NCBI GenBank assembly: GCA_963619585.1
Contig: CAVEXR010000005.1
Span: 20,860 to 84,859 of the forward strand
Length of the DNA: 64,000 nt
Source: Azospirillum sp. CAG:239
GTDB taxonomy: Bacteria; Bacteroidota; Bacteroidia; Bacteroidales; Paludibacteraceae
Direction: 5' to 3'
The notes below the pieces were generated by a model, which was not told the DNA's origin, searched no databases, and saw only the letters and a program-made list of their open reading frames with translations. How positions within the stretch are numbered: the stretch's first letter is position 1; the number at the start of each line of letters is the position of its first letter. A program made the position numbers and the translations under genes. This document shows, piece by piece, positions 1 through 8,642 of this stretch.

Positions 1-671
1 TTATCAATGATTATACGGCGGCACGCCCACGAGAAGTATATCGGTTCTTGCGCTCCGTAGGTTCACCTTATCTGCAGTTCTCGCCCAATGTGGAGTGGTT
101 ACCCTCGGGACAACTAACTCCCTCGTCGGTATCGCCCGAAGCATTCGGGGCATTCTATTGTGCGGTCTTCGACGAGTGGTACGCCCACGACATCGGACAT
201 ACTTTTGTTGAATTGTTCGACACCACACTCGCCCTACTGATGGGCTTTCCGCCACCCTCGTGCGTCTTTGGTGAGACTTGCGGAAATGCAGCCGTATTGG
301 AGGCTAACGGCAACCTTTTCACATGCGACCACTTTGTCGCCCCCGATGCCCTCTACGACGGGGCTTCCATGTGTTTGGGCAATATACTTGATACACCCTT
401 GCAAACAATGCTCTACAGCCCTGCCATGCAGGCATTTGGTGAACATAAAGCAGCACTCTCAGACGAATGCCGTAGTTGCTCTTACTTGCGCCTGTGCTAT
501 GGAGAATGCCCACACCATCGTTTTCCCTTATCTTCTTCGCTGGAATCCTCCCCCTCTATCAACTACCTTTGTACGGGCTATCGTGCCTACTTCGCACATA
601 CACTTCCCTATTTCACACAAATGGAATCCGACATTCGGGGCAACAACTCTATCCCCAATTCGCCCCTTTAG
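1..671 (+). CDS. anaerobic sulfatase-maturating enzyme (radical SAM / SPASM domain), C-terminal part; the 5' end lies outside the window
   Basis: The frame is open back to position 3 (INDYTAARPREVYRFLRSVGSPYLQF...). C-terminal Cys clusters (CVFGETCGN, CDHF, SDECRSCSYLRLCYGECPHHRF) are typical of anSME. Confidence 0.75.
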   Translation, partial: INDYTAARPREVYRFLRSVGSPYLQFSPNVEWLPSGQLTPSSVSPEAFGAFYCAVFDEWYAHDIGHTFVELFDTTLALLMGFPPPSCVFGETCGNAAVLEANGNLFTCDHFVAPDALYDGASMCLGNILDTPLQTMLYSPAMQAFGEHKAALSDECRSCSYLRLCYGECPHHRFPLSSSLESSPSINYLCTGYRAYFAHTLPYFTQMESDIRGNNSIPNSPL

Positions 672-722
672 GACTACGAATACATGGTTCATTGGTGCGG
701 AATTGGTTCGGCTTTCATTAGG

Positions 723-790
723 GAATCACCTATGAATCACCTAAGAATCTCCTATGATCGGCATAAGAATTGCTTATGATTGACCTATAG
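723..790. repeat. degenerate tandem word array (GAATCACCTA/TG-type units)
   Basis: gaatcacctatgaatcacctaagaatctcctatgatcggcataagaattgcttatgattgacctatag. The same word family recurs at 49354-49462. Confidence 0.6.
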
Positions 791-874
791 AGATATGTTA
801 GTTGCAAGGGAGATGATTGCCGGATGACAGGCTGCTTCAGAACCATCTCTATTTGCACCTCTACTATCTCTGTT

Positions 875-1993
875 TCAGATCTCTACTTCTAAGGCACGGG
901 CGATGATGTCGTCCATGTCGTAGTACTTGTATTCGGCGAGGCGACCACCGAAAAGAACATTCGTTTCCTGCTTGGCTAATTCCACATACTGATGATAGCA
1001 TTGGGTATTGCGCTCATCGTTCACTGGGTAGTACGGCTCCATTCCCGCCTGCCACTCGGTGGAATACTCGCGGGAGATGACCGTCTTCGGCGTATCGTAC
1101 ACCGCCTGCCCAAATAGTTCGAAATGCTTATGCTCGATGACCCGCGTGTACGGCACGGCAGCATCGGTGTAGTTCACGACGGCGTTCCCTTGATAATTCG
1201 GCGTATTCAACACCTCCGTCTCGAAACGCACCGTGCGGTACTCCAACCGCCCAAGCCGATAGCCGAAGTACGCATCAAGAGAACCCGTATAGACCACCCG
1301 CTCGGCAAGTGCGTCCCATTCGGTTTTATGCACCAAATAATCTACTCCGATCCGCACCTCGCAACCATCTAACAGTTTCTCTATCAACGGATTGTAACCT
1401 CCGATAGGTATGCCCTGATAGGGGTCGTTGAAATAGTTGTTGTCGAAGACCATACGCACAGGCAAGCGTCGGATGATGAAAGCGGGCAACTCCGTGCAGG
1501 GACGCCCCCATTGTTTCTCGGTGTAGCCCTTGATAAGCCGCTCGTAGATGTCCTTGCCGACGAGGGTAAGTGCCTGTTCCTCGAGGTTCTGCGGCTTGCG
1601 ACCGTCAAGGGCTTGCAAGGCTTCGGTACGTTGTTCATCTAACTTGGCTTGTGCTTCCGCGGGGGTCGTTATGCCCCACATCTCGCTGAAAGTGTTCATG
1701 TTAAACGGCAAGTTATAGAGCCGCCCTTGGTAGTTCGCCACGGGACAGTTGGTATAGCGGTTGAACTCCACGAGCGAGTTCACAAACTGCCACACCTCCT
1801 TGTTGTCCGTGTGGAAGATATGCGCTCCGTACTTGTGTACATGGATGCCCTCGATGTCTTCACAATAGGTATTGCCGCCTATGTGGTTGCGCTTGTCGAT
1901 CACGAGGACTCGTTTCCCCGCCCGGTGCGCCCTATACGCCACCACGGCACCAAAGAGCCCCGCACCGACGATAAGATAATCGTATTGTTTCAT
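875..1993 (-). CDS. glf: UDP-galactopyranose mutase
   Basis: N-terminal FAD fold MKQYDYLIVGAGLFGAV, then NHIGGNTY...HKYGAHIFHT and a full-length Glf-like sequence. Confidence 0.9.
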   Translation of the reverse strand: MKQYDYLIVGAGLFGAVVAYRAHRAGKRVLVIDKRNHIGGNTYCEDIEGIHVHKYGAHIFHTDNKEVWQFVNSLVEFNRYTNCPVANYQGRLYNLPFNMNTFSEMWGITTPAEAQAKLDEQRTEALQALDGRKPQNLEEQALTLVGKDIYERLIKGYTEKQWGRPCTELPAFIIRRLPVRMVFDNNYFNDPYQGIPIGGYNPLIEKLLDGCEVRIGVDYLVHKTEWDALAERVVYTGSLDAYFGYRLGRLEYRTVRFETEVLNTPNYQGNAVVNYTDAAVPYTRVIEHKHFELFGQAVYDTPKTVISREYSTEWQAGMEPYYPVNDERNTQCYHQYVELAKQETNVLFGGRLAEYKYYDMDDIIARALEVEI

Positions 1994-2020
1994 AGGAAAT
2001 ACAGTTAAGCAGACGGTTTA

Positions 2021-3154
2021 TTATCTTCTAAACAGCCTGATATACAGCCACTTAACCACTACATCCACGCAATGGTTGAATTGCTCGAACCATACCGCCC
2101 AACGGCGATGGTGGCGATGCCAAAACGAGATATACTCAACACGCAACAGTTTATTCTCGGGGTAGAGGCGAGGGTGTAAATCAAGCGATTGCAATATAGG
2201 CGCATACTTCTCGTCCACCCGCTGCAAATCGTCAGCACGGAAATCCTTGCGGGGCATATCGAGCAGGTATAACTTATAGAACAGACGAAAGCGATTCTCG
2301 AAATACTGCTTCATAAAAGCCGCACGGGCAGGCGACAAAAGTGCCAAATGCGACTGATAATAAGCAAGCAAGGAGTCGTTTACCTGCTCCATCTGCGGCA
2401 ACGAACGCATGATAACCTCGGGCGCCATAGTCTGCCCCTCGCGGTCGAGGTTGTATTGATAGAGGTTGATGTCGAGGAATAGAATGGTACGGGCGTGGAA
2501 GACCGGCAACGACGCCCACTCTGTGTCGGTATAGGAAATGCCCTCCGTCTGGCGGTAGTGCATCTCGCGCAGCAGGTCGGTGCGATAGGTCAAGGCGTGC
2601 ATAAGGAAGAAGCGGATATAGCCGTCCTGCAGTACCGTATCGAGGTCGTAGACTTTGCCATAGGTGTACGGCTCACGCCCCATTGTATTGTAACGCACCA
2701 CCTCACGACTGCCGTGTGCGGCGAGTTGCGTGAAGTGGGTGATGACCATATCGGGGGCTTGCGCAGGCGTGTGTTGAGGACGGTCGGTTGCGTCGGTCGG
2801 CTGCAGTTCTTGCTCCGTGGCATACTCGGCGAGGCTTACAAGAAAGCGGTCGAGAGCCGCGGTATCGAACCAATCATCGGAGTCCAATACCTTGATAAAC
2901 ATCCCTGTAGCCACAGGCAAAGCGGCATTGATAGTAGATCCATAGTTGCCGTTTGGCTTGTCTATCACGCGCACCGATTTGGGGTACTTCGTTTGATAGC
3001 CATGCGCCACCTCGGAAGAGTTGTCGCGGCTGCCATCGTTGACGACAAGGATATCCAACAGGTCGGCGTGCTGCGCCTGCACGAGCGAATCCAAACAGCG
3101 GGGCAGGAGCGCCGCCATATTGTAAGTAGGAATAATGATAGAGAGGAGTTTCAT
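2021..3154 (-). CDS. family 2 glycosyltransferase
   Basis: LSIIIPTYNMAALLPRCLDSL...VVNDGSRDNS and a DSDD (DxD-like) motif. Confidence 0.8.
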   Translation of the reverse strand: MKLLSIIIPTYNMAALLPRCLDSLVQAQHADLLDILVVNDGSRDNSSEVAHGYQTKYPKSVRVIDKPNGNYGSTINAALPVATGMFIKVLDSDDWFDTAALDRFLVSLAEYATEQELQPTDATDRPQHTPAQAPDMVITHFTQLAAHGSREVVRYNTMGREPYTYGKVYDLDTVLQDGYIRFFLMHALTYRTDLLREMHYRQTEGISYTDTEWASLPVFHARTILFLDINLYQYNLDREGQTMAPEVIMRSLPQMEQVNDSLLAYYQSHLALLSPARAAFMKQYFENRFRLFYKLYLLDMPRKDFRADDLQRVDEKYAPILQSLDLHPRLYPENKLLRVEYISFWHRHHRRWAVWFEQFNHCVDVVVKWLYIRLFRR

Positions 3155-3169
3155 GGGAAAAGAAGTGTA

Positions 3170-4360
3170 TTAGGAGAGTAAGCGAGAGAGGTTACCCATA
3201 AAGAATTGTTCGGCGGACATCGCTTCACCACCGACTACCAAAGAGAACTGCGGGTGGAATTTTTCGCCGAACACGGAGAGACCTTGATTGTGTTGTCGTC
3301 TGCCGCTCTTGACCTCGATAGCGACTATTTTGTTTGCCCGTGTAAGCACAAAATCGACCTCATCGTTATTCTCTCGCCAATAGTACAACTCGCACTCGAG
3401 TTCGTCTATCTGATCCAACAAAAAGCACCCGACGGCAGACTCTACCCACTGCCCCCACAAAGTAGGATTGGTAAAGGCTTTCTCGTAGGTCATACCATCT
3501 GTCATAGCCGACAGCAAGGCGTTATTGTAGACCTGCAACTTCGGGATAGACTTATATTTACGGGCTTGGTCTACAGCGTATTTCTGCAAGCCAACGAGCA
3601 GTTTGCTATCGGCAAGCAGTTGCAGGTAACTCACCAGTGTACTGGCATTGCCTGCGTCTTGCAACATACCCAACATCTTATTATAGGACAGCAACTCACC
3701 CGAATAGGCACAACCGATATGGAACAGTTGGTTTAGTAAGGCGGGCTTATAGATAAAAGAAGTCTGCAAAACATCTTTCTCTATAGCAGGTGCCACAATG
3801 GTCTCACGCATAAAACGCCGCCAACGCATCTCGTTCTCGATATAAGCAGCACTACCGGGATAACCACCAAAATAGATGTACTGATTGATATTCCAACCAA
3901 ATGCCTCGTGCATCTCGGCATAAGACCAATGCCCCATGCTGATTATCTCGAAACGCCCTGCCAAGGACTCCGTCAACCCGCGTTTAAGCAACAGACGAGA
4001 AGAGCCCAATAGCACGACCTTGATAGGCACATCACGAAAAGTGTCGTTATCCCACTCGCGCTTGACCTGCTCGCTCCAGTTGTTAATCTTGTGTATCTCG
4101 TCGAACACCAACACGGCTTCGGCATACGCATTGAAGATAATTTGTGAGCGCACCTCTTCCCACCGTTTGGCAATCCACTCGGCATCGTCGGCTGCCACTG
4201 CGTCTGCATTGTACAGAAAAGAGGGAATGGCACATTGTTTCAGCACCTGCTTGACCATAGTCGTTTTGCCCACTTGGCGAGGACCTGCAACCACTTGTAT
4301 CGTCCTACGCGGCTCGGCTAAACGCTCAAGAAGAATCGTATTTTGCTTGCGTTCTAACAT
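3170..4360 (-). CDS. AAA+ ATPase with a C-terminal PD-(D/E)xK-like domain (AAA_14/DUF4143-type orphan ATPase)
   Basis: Walker A GPRQVGKTT and Walker B VLVFDEIH. The C-terminus reads ELYYWRENNDEVDFVL...IVAIEVKSG. Start moved to the MLERK ATG at 4360 because a -7 promoter box overlaps the longer ORF. Confidence 0.75.
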   Translation of the reverse strand: MLERKQNTILLERLAEPRRTIQVVAGPRQVGKTTMVKQVLKQCAIPSFLYNADAVAADDAEWIAKRWEEVRSQIIFNAYAEAVLVFDEIHKINNWSEQVKREWDNDTFRDVPIKVVLLGSSRLLLKRGLTESLAGRFEIISMGHWSYAEMHEAFGWNINQYIYFGGYPGSAAYIENEMRWRRFMRETIVAPAIEKDVLQTSFIYKPALLNQLFHIGCAYSGELLSYNKMLGMLQDAGNASTLVSYLQLLADSKLLVGLQKYAVDQARKYKSIPKLQVYNNALLSAMTDGMTYEKAFTNPTLWGQWVESAVGCFLLDQIDELECELYYWRENNDEVDFVLTRANKIVAIEVKSGRRQHNQGLSVFGEKFHPQFSLVVGGEAMSAEQFFMGNLSRLLS

Positions 4361-4381
4361 ATTACTATTCGTTTGGTGCGG

Positions 4382-4389
4382 CAAAGGTA
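4382..4389 (-). promoter_or_regulatory. Bacteroidota -7 promoter box TAccTTTG
   Basis: The plus strand reads caaaggta, about 22 nt upstream of the ATG at 4360. A TTTG (-33-like) lies in the first repeat unit upstream. Confidence 0.5.
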
Positions 4390-4390
4390 C

Positions 4391-4497
4391 GGAAAATCTT
4401 CAAATGTCGCAAGAAAAATCTTCAAAAGTATGAGAAAAAAATCTGCGATTGTTGAGCGGAAAATCTTCAAATGTTATGTGGAAAATCTGCGATTTGT
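4391..4497. repeat. five direct repeats GAAAATCT(TCAAA/GCGAT)TGT phased about 22 bp apart
   Basis: Units begin at about 4391, 4413, 4434, 4458 and 4480. The units at 4391-4407 and 4458-4474 are identical 17-mers. Confidence 0.8.
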
Positions 4498-4559
4498 GTG
4501 GTTATAAAACAACTAAGTGCTTGCTATACAGTCCTATAGCAATACTGTTAAATCATTAA

Positions 4560-5477
4560 TCATATGCTGCCACAATCTTCTATAGGTAGATTAAGAACAT
4601 GGTCATATACGGTGTTGTGTGCATCCGGAGCCGGGGTGTATTTATAGGTAAGTTTATGTACCGAACCGGTTCGCAGAAGAACATCCCATAACTCGGGAGA
4701 ATAGGGTTTACCAAAATCACGCGACCACATAACGAAATGCGCTTGGTTACAATGAAACTCCATAGATTCAAGCAGTGCCTCAGCCTGTGGATTATGCAAA
4801 ACTAACAGATAGAGAAACAGATGGAAAAAGAAATAGTCTATCACTGTATCCTCTCTTTCCCAATATGCATACAGCAAATCCAATAGACGCTGCCAAATAG
4901 GGTGTCCTTCACTCCCCGAGAGAAGCCAACTTGACCCGATTATTGGAAGAGGGACATCTCCCCAAGACTTATTTTGATAAAAAAAGAACGAACTATGAGT
5001 GATATACTGAGGCAACGGAGCAGTGAGCAATACCGTACTATCTATCCAAATACCACCATACCTTACCAATAACGCCAATCGCAGAATGTCGGAAAACTGC
5101 GCAGGAGGGATTATACCTGCTCGATATTTCCGCATTACATAGTCGGGCAAGGTTACATAATCGCCCATATTTTCTGTTGTAATGAGATGAATGGGACGGT
5201 CTGCACAATACTTCTGCACAGAAGCATAACATACTTGCACCAACCGAGGGGCGTTCTCAATCCCCTGCAACCAACAGACCCAAACTGGCGCATTCTCTTC
5301 CATCTGTAAAGGCGCATTTGTGTTGGATAACGGAGAGAGTATCAGTTCCTTATAGTTTTTGTAAAGTTTACGGGAATGACGCAGCGAAGGCTCACAAAGA
5401 AGCGTTACCAAGTTATACAGACAGGTGCGGAAACCCTTTCTGCGAAGCAGACCGATATAAGTAGAGATAGAACGCAT
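4560..5477 (-). CDS. capsular polysaccharide synthesis protein-type glycosyltransferase (Caps_synth family)
   Basis: VWVCWLQGIENAP...FSDILRLALLVRYGGIWIDSTVLL is a signature of this family. Confidence 0.65.
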   Translation of the reverse strand: MRSISTYIGLLRRKGFRTCLYNLVTLLCEPSLRHSRKLYKNYKELILSPLSNTNAPLQMEENAPVWVCWLQGIENAPRLVQVCYASVQKYCADRPIHLITTENMGDYVTLPDYVMRKYRAGIIPPAQFSDILRLALLVRYGGIWIDSTVLLTAPLPQYITHSSFFFYQNKSWGDVPLPIIGSSWLLSGSEGHPIWQRLLDLLYAYWEREDTVIDYFFFHLFLYLLVLHNPQAEALLESMEFHCNQAHFVMWSRDFGKPYSPELWDVLLRTGSVHKLTYKYTPAPDAHNTVYDHVLNLPIEDCGSI

Positions 5478-5489
5478 AAGACAAGTTTG

Positions 5490-6338
5490 TTATTGTGTAT
5501 TCGTATTAGACTCGTTATAAATCAAGGCTATGGATGAAGCATCCTCTATATAGTAGTAACCGTGTACGCGGCGTTTATCAGGGGCAGGGATACGCATATA
5601 GTCGTTGTAAATAGCACGGAGATAGCCATCCGGATTGTTGGGACCCATAAACTTATGTCCCTCAAACTCTATCTCTCGAAGGGGAAAAATATCATCATAG
5701 CGTGTAGGGCGGGCTTGTAAATATACTCCTTCTCCCAATTGGCAACAATAATAGGGTTTTCCTCCCTGCATCAATAACCAAAGCAGTGCTTTATGCCAAA
5801 CATACGAGAACGGATACAACAAATAGCAGACTATATTATGCAAATTGATGGGTTTGTTATAACGATAGAAATTGTAAGCATAAGAAATGCGAGTGAGCAA
5901 ATAGCCTACCAACTTTTCCGGTCGTTTAGGAATAGTAACTGCTTTGTACACATCAATGAATACGCCCCGTTTGTAGTCTTTCTCAAAGACATCGTAGCTC
6001 TCTACAAATAGGGATTTCTTATCGCGTACTTTGAATAACCCTGTACCCATTCCTGAGTTTGGATCCGTTTCCCTATTTTGAAGGAATAACCAATCGGGCA
6101 GTTGTTCCTTACAGACTTGTTGGAAACGCTCGTAATCATCCCCTACGACCATAATATCCAAATCATCATCCCAAGGAATAAAGCCTCCGTGACGGACAGC
6201 ACCTAAAACTGTGCCATAAGCGATATAGTATTGTATATGGTTCTTTCGACAGAGTTCATCTAACACAAGAAGAATATCAAGTATGCGAAGTTGCAAAGCA
6301 CGCAGATTGCCTGTGGCTTTCGGAAGTGAAGTATCCAT
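5490..6338 (-). CDS. LicD-family phosphotransferase
   Basis: LQLRILDILLVLDELCRKNHIQYYIAYGTVLGAVRHGGFIPWDDDLDIMV. Confidence 0.8.
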   Translation of the reverse strand: MDTSLPKATGNLRALQLRILDILLVLDELCRKNHIQYYIAYGTVLGAVRHGGFIPWDDDLDIMVVGDDYERFQQVCKEQLPDWLFLQNRETDPNSGMGTGLFKVRDKKSLFVESYDVFEKDYKRGVFIDVYKAVTIPKRPEKLVGYLLTRISYAYNFYRYNKPINLHNIVCYLLYPFSYVWHKALLWLLMQGGKPYYCCQLGEGVYLQARPTRYDDIFPLREIEFEGHKFMGPNNPDGYLRAIYNDYMRIPAPDKRRVHGYYYIEDASSIALIYNESNTNTQ

Positions 6339-6348
6339 TTGTTTTTAC

Positions 6349-7734
6349 CTAAAATAGTTTTTCTGTATTATTACGGCGAACATCCACCACTTCGCCTGTG
6401 AACTTGGAGAAGAGCGTGTTGAGCGAGGCAATTGCCACAGCCTCTGCTGACAAGAGCGACTCCGCAGGCTCGTTGCCGAAATTGCGGGTGCGCATAGGTG
6501 TCTTGGTGCGCTCGGGGTTGATACAATTGACGCGAATGGCACACTCGTTCCATTCCTCGGCTATTGCCTGCACAAAATTAACTATAGCGGCTTTGGTAGC
6601 AGAATAGAGGCTATAGAGCATCCGACCGCGTGTGTAGGACGACGAAGTAAAGAATAGCAGTGCGCCATGCGTCTTCTTAAGGTAGGGGTAAGCGGCTTGC
6701 GCTACATGGATAACGCCCAACAGGTTTATATCAAGAGAAGCACGAATAGTATCCTCCGACATCGTAGCAAGCGGCTCACGATAGAGTACGCCTGCGGTAT
6801 TCACTACGGCATCGATACACCCCTCTTGGTCAAAAACCGATTGCAACGCACGCTGCACACTCGCCATATCGGATACATCTACGCCATTCTCGGAACGGGA
6901 GAACGAATAGACACGACTATGGTACTCCGAAGCAAGGCGTACTATCTCGGCACCTATGCCGTAACTGCCACCGAAGACAACCAAGACTTTCTCGGGCAAA
7001 GCCGACTGCGTGGCGCATGAGAGTTCCTGTTGCGAGAGTTCTACATTCTTGAGTTGGAATAGTTTGTCGAGTAGAAATAAATCCTCAATATGCGTCAGTT
7101 TCATATTGAACTGCTCGCCCGCCACAATATAGACCGGCTCATCGGGCAGGTACTTTCGCACCACGCCGCAGTCGTCCGTCGTCCGAAACTGCGGGTCTTG
7201 GAGTGCCAAGCGATAGGCTTCGGCGATAGTGCTACGACGAAAGCATTGCGGCGTTTGCCCATTACGCAGTGCCGCACGAGGCGGAATATATTCTATGCAA
7301 CGCTGCGCATTGGCTTGAATAATGGTGTCGGTGGTATCAATGGCGACATCCACAGCGTTGTAAGTGCTAAGTGCTTCGATACAGTCGTTGATAATACGCT
7401 CGTTCACCAACGGGCGAACTGCGTCGTGGAAAAGCAGGTTGCACTCCTCTGTATAGGCTCGGATAGCCGCAAGCGACGATTCGTAACGCTCTTTACCCCC
7501 CGCAAGAATGCGCTTCACTTTGCGGTAGTTGTTGCGCACCACGAGTTCCTGCACACGCTCTATATAGTCGATACGGCAAACAATGCAAATCTCATCTATC
7601 TGTTCGGCTGCCTCGAACACATTGATCGTATGCTCGATAACCATCTTGCCGGCGAGTTTGAGAAACTGTTTCGGTGTGTCGCCGCCCATGCGTATGCCCG
7701 AGCCACCTGATAATATAACTGCTATATTCTTCAT
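6349..7734 (-). CDS. bifunctional IspD/TarI-like cytidylyltransferase + short-chain dehydrogenase (Bcs1-like CDP-ribitol synthase architecture)
   Basis: N-terminus AVILSGGSGIRMGGDTPKQF and HDAVRP. The C-terminal SDR half has VFGGSYGIGAEI and YSATKAA. Confidence 0.75.
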   Translation of the reverse strand: MKNIAVILSGGSGIRMGGDTPKQFLKLAGKMVIEHTINVFEAAEQIDEICIVCRIDYIERVQELVVRNNYRKVKRILAGGKERYESSLAAIRAYTEECNLLFHDAVRPLVNERIINDCIEALSTYNAVDVAIDTTDTIIQANAQRCIEYIPPRAALRNGQTPQCFRRSTIAEAYRLALQDPQFRTTDDCGVVRKYLPDEPVYIVAGEQFNMKLTHIEDLFLLDKLFQLKNVELSQQELSCATQSALPEKVLVVFGGSYGIGAEIVRLASEYHSRVYSFSRSENGVDVSDMASVQRALQSVFDQEGCIDAVVNTAGVLYREPLATMSEDTIRASLDINLLGVIHVAQAAYPYLKKTHGALLFFTSSSYTRGRMLYSLYSATKAAIVNFVQAIAEEWNECAIRVNCINPERTKTPMRTRNFGNEPAESLLSAEAVAIASLNTLFSKFTGEVVDVRRNNTEKLF

Positions 7735-7775
7735 TTGTTGGATTAACTATATTCTATTGAGAGATAATTGAGAAC

Positions 7776-8642
7776 TCATAAGTCTTCCTTGTAGGTTATT
7801 TTGCGGTTTTGGGCGTCGCCCGGGACTATGTGGATAGGGACAGACGGCAAGTAGTGGTGTACTATGCCGCAGTCGTCGGTGGCTTGCAGGGGCTTTGGTT
7901 GCTGGCTATGGTTATCTTGTTGGAACTGCCGGCTATTGCTTTCTTGTTGGGATTGGGGGTTATCGCTTTCTTGCGGGGGCTGTAAGGCTTGGCGGTAGGC
8001 TTCGGCTATTGTTGTTAGGCGAAAGGCTTGCGGGGTCTGCGCACACAACAAGGTCGAACGGAGAGGAATGTCTTGTACAATGAAATCGCCCGCTGTGTCC
8101 TGCTCTTGCGGTGCTACCCTGTACATCGTGTCTGTGGCAGGGATGGCGACCGTAACGGCTTCGTGCTGCTGTAGGGCAGTGCAGACATCCGTGATAATTC
8201 GCTCGCTCACAAAGGGGCGGGCGGCATCGTGAAGAAGGATATTGATGACGGGACGGCTTTCTATTGTCTGCTCCGACTTATCCCTATCACTATTTATATC
8301 ATTTTCTCTACGCTCTATCTCATTATTTTTCTCTTCTATTTTATTCTCTCTACGCTCTATCTCTCGGATGGCATTGAGGCTTGATTCGTAACGCTCGTTG
8401 CCGCCCGCGATAACAAATGCCACTTTCTGCCAATCGTTGCGACGCACCATCTCTTGTGCTTGCGCGAGGTAGTCCCTATGCATAACAATACCTATCTCAT
8501 CGATACACACCGCCTGCTCGAACGCCGCCACCGAGTGCTCGAGTATGCTCCTGCCGTCGGCTAACGGCATCAGTTGCTTAGGCGTTGTACCTCCCACGCG
8601 GGCGCCTATGCCTCCGGCTAATATGACGGCTATGTTCTTCAT
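7776..8642 (-). CDS. IspD/TarI-like cytidylyltransferase paralog with two low-complexity insertions
   Basis: AVILAGGIGARVGGTTPKQ, HDAARPF and TDDCGIV are conserved. Insertions are EIERRENKIEEKNNEIERRENDINSDRDKSEQ and QPPQESDNPQSQQESNSRQFQQDNHSQQPKP. Confidence 0.7.
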   Translation of the reverse strand: MKNIAVILAGGIGARVGGTTPKQLMPLADGRSILEHSVAAFEQAVCIDEIGIVMHRDYLAQAQEMVRRNDWQKVAFVIAGGNERYESSLNAIREIERRENKIEEKNNEIERRENDINSDRDKSEQTIESRPVINILLHDAARPFVSERIITDVCTALQQHEAVTVAIPATDTMYRVAPQEQDTAGDFIVQDIPLRSTLLCAQTPQAFRLTTIAEAYRQALQPPQESDNPQSQQESNSRQFQQDNHSQQPKPLQATDDCGIVHHYLPSVPIHIVPGDAQNRKITYKEDL

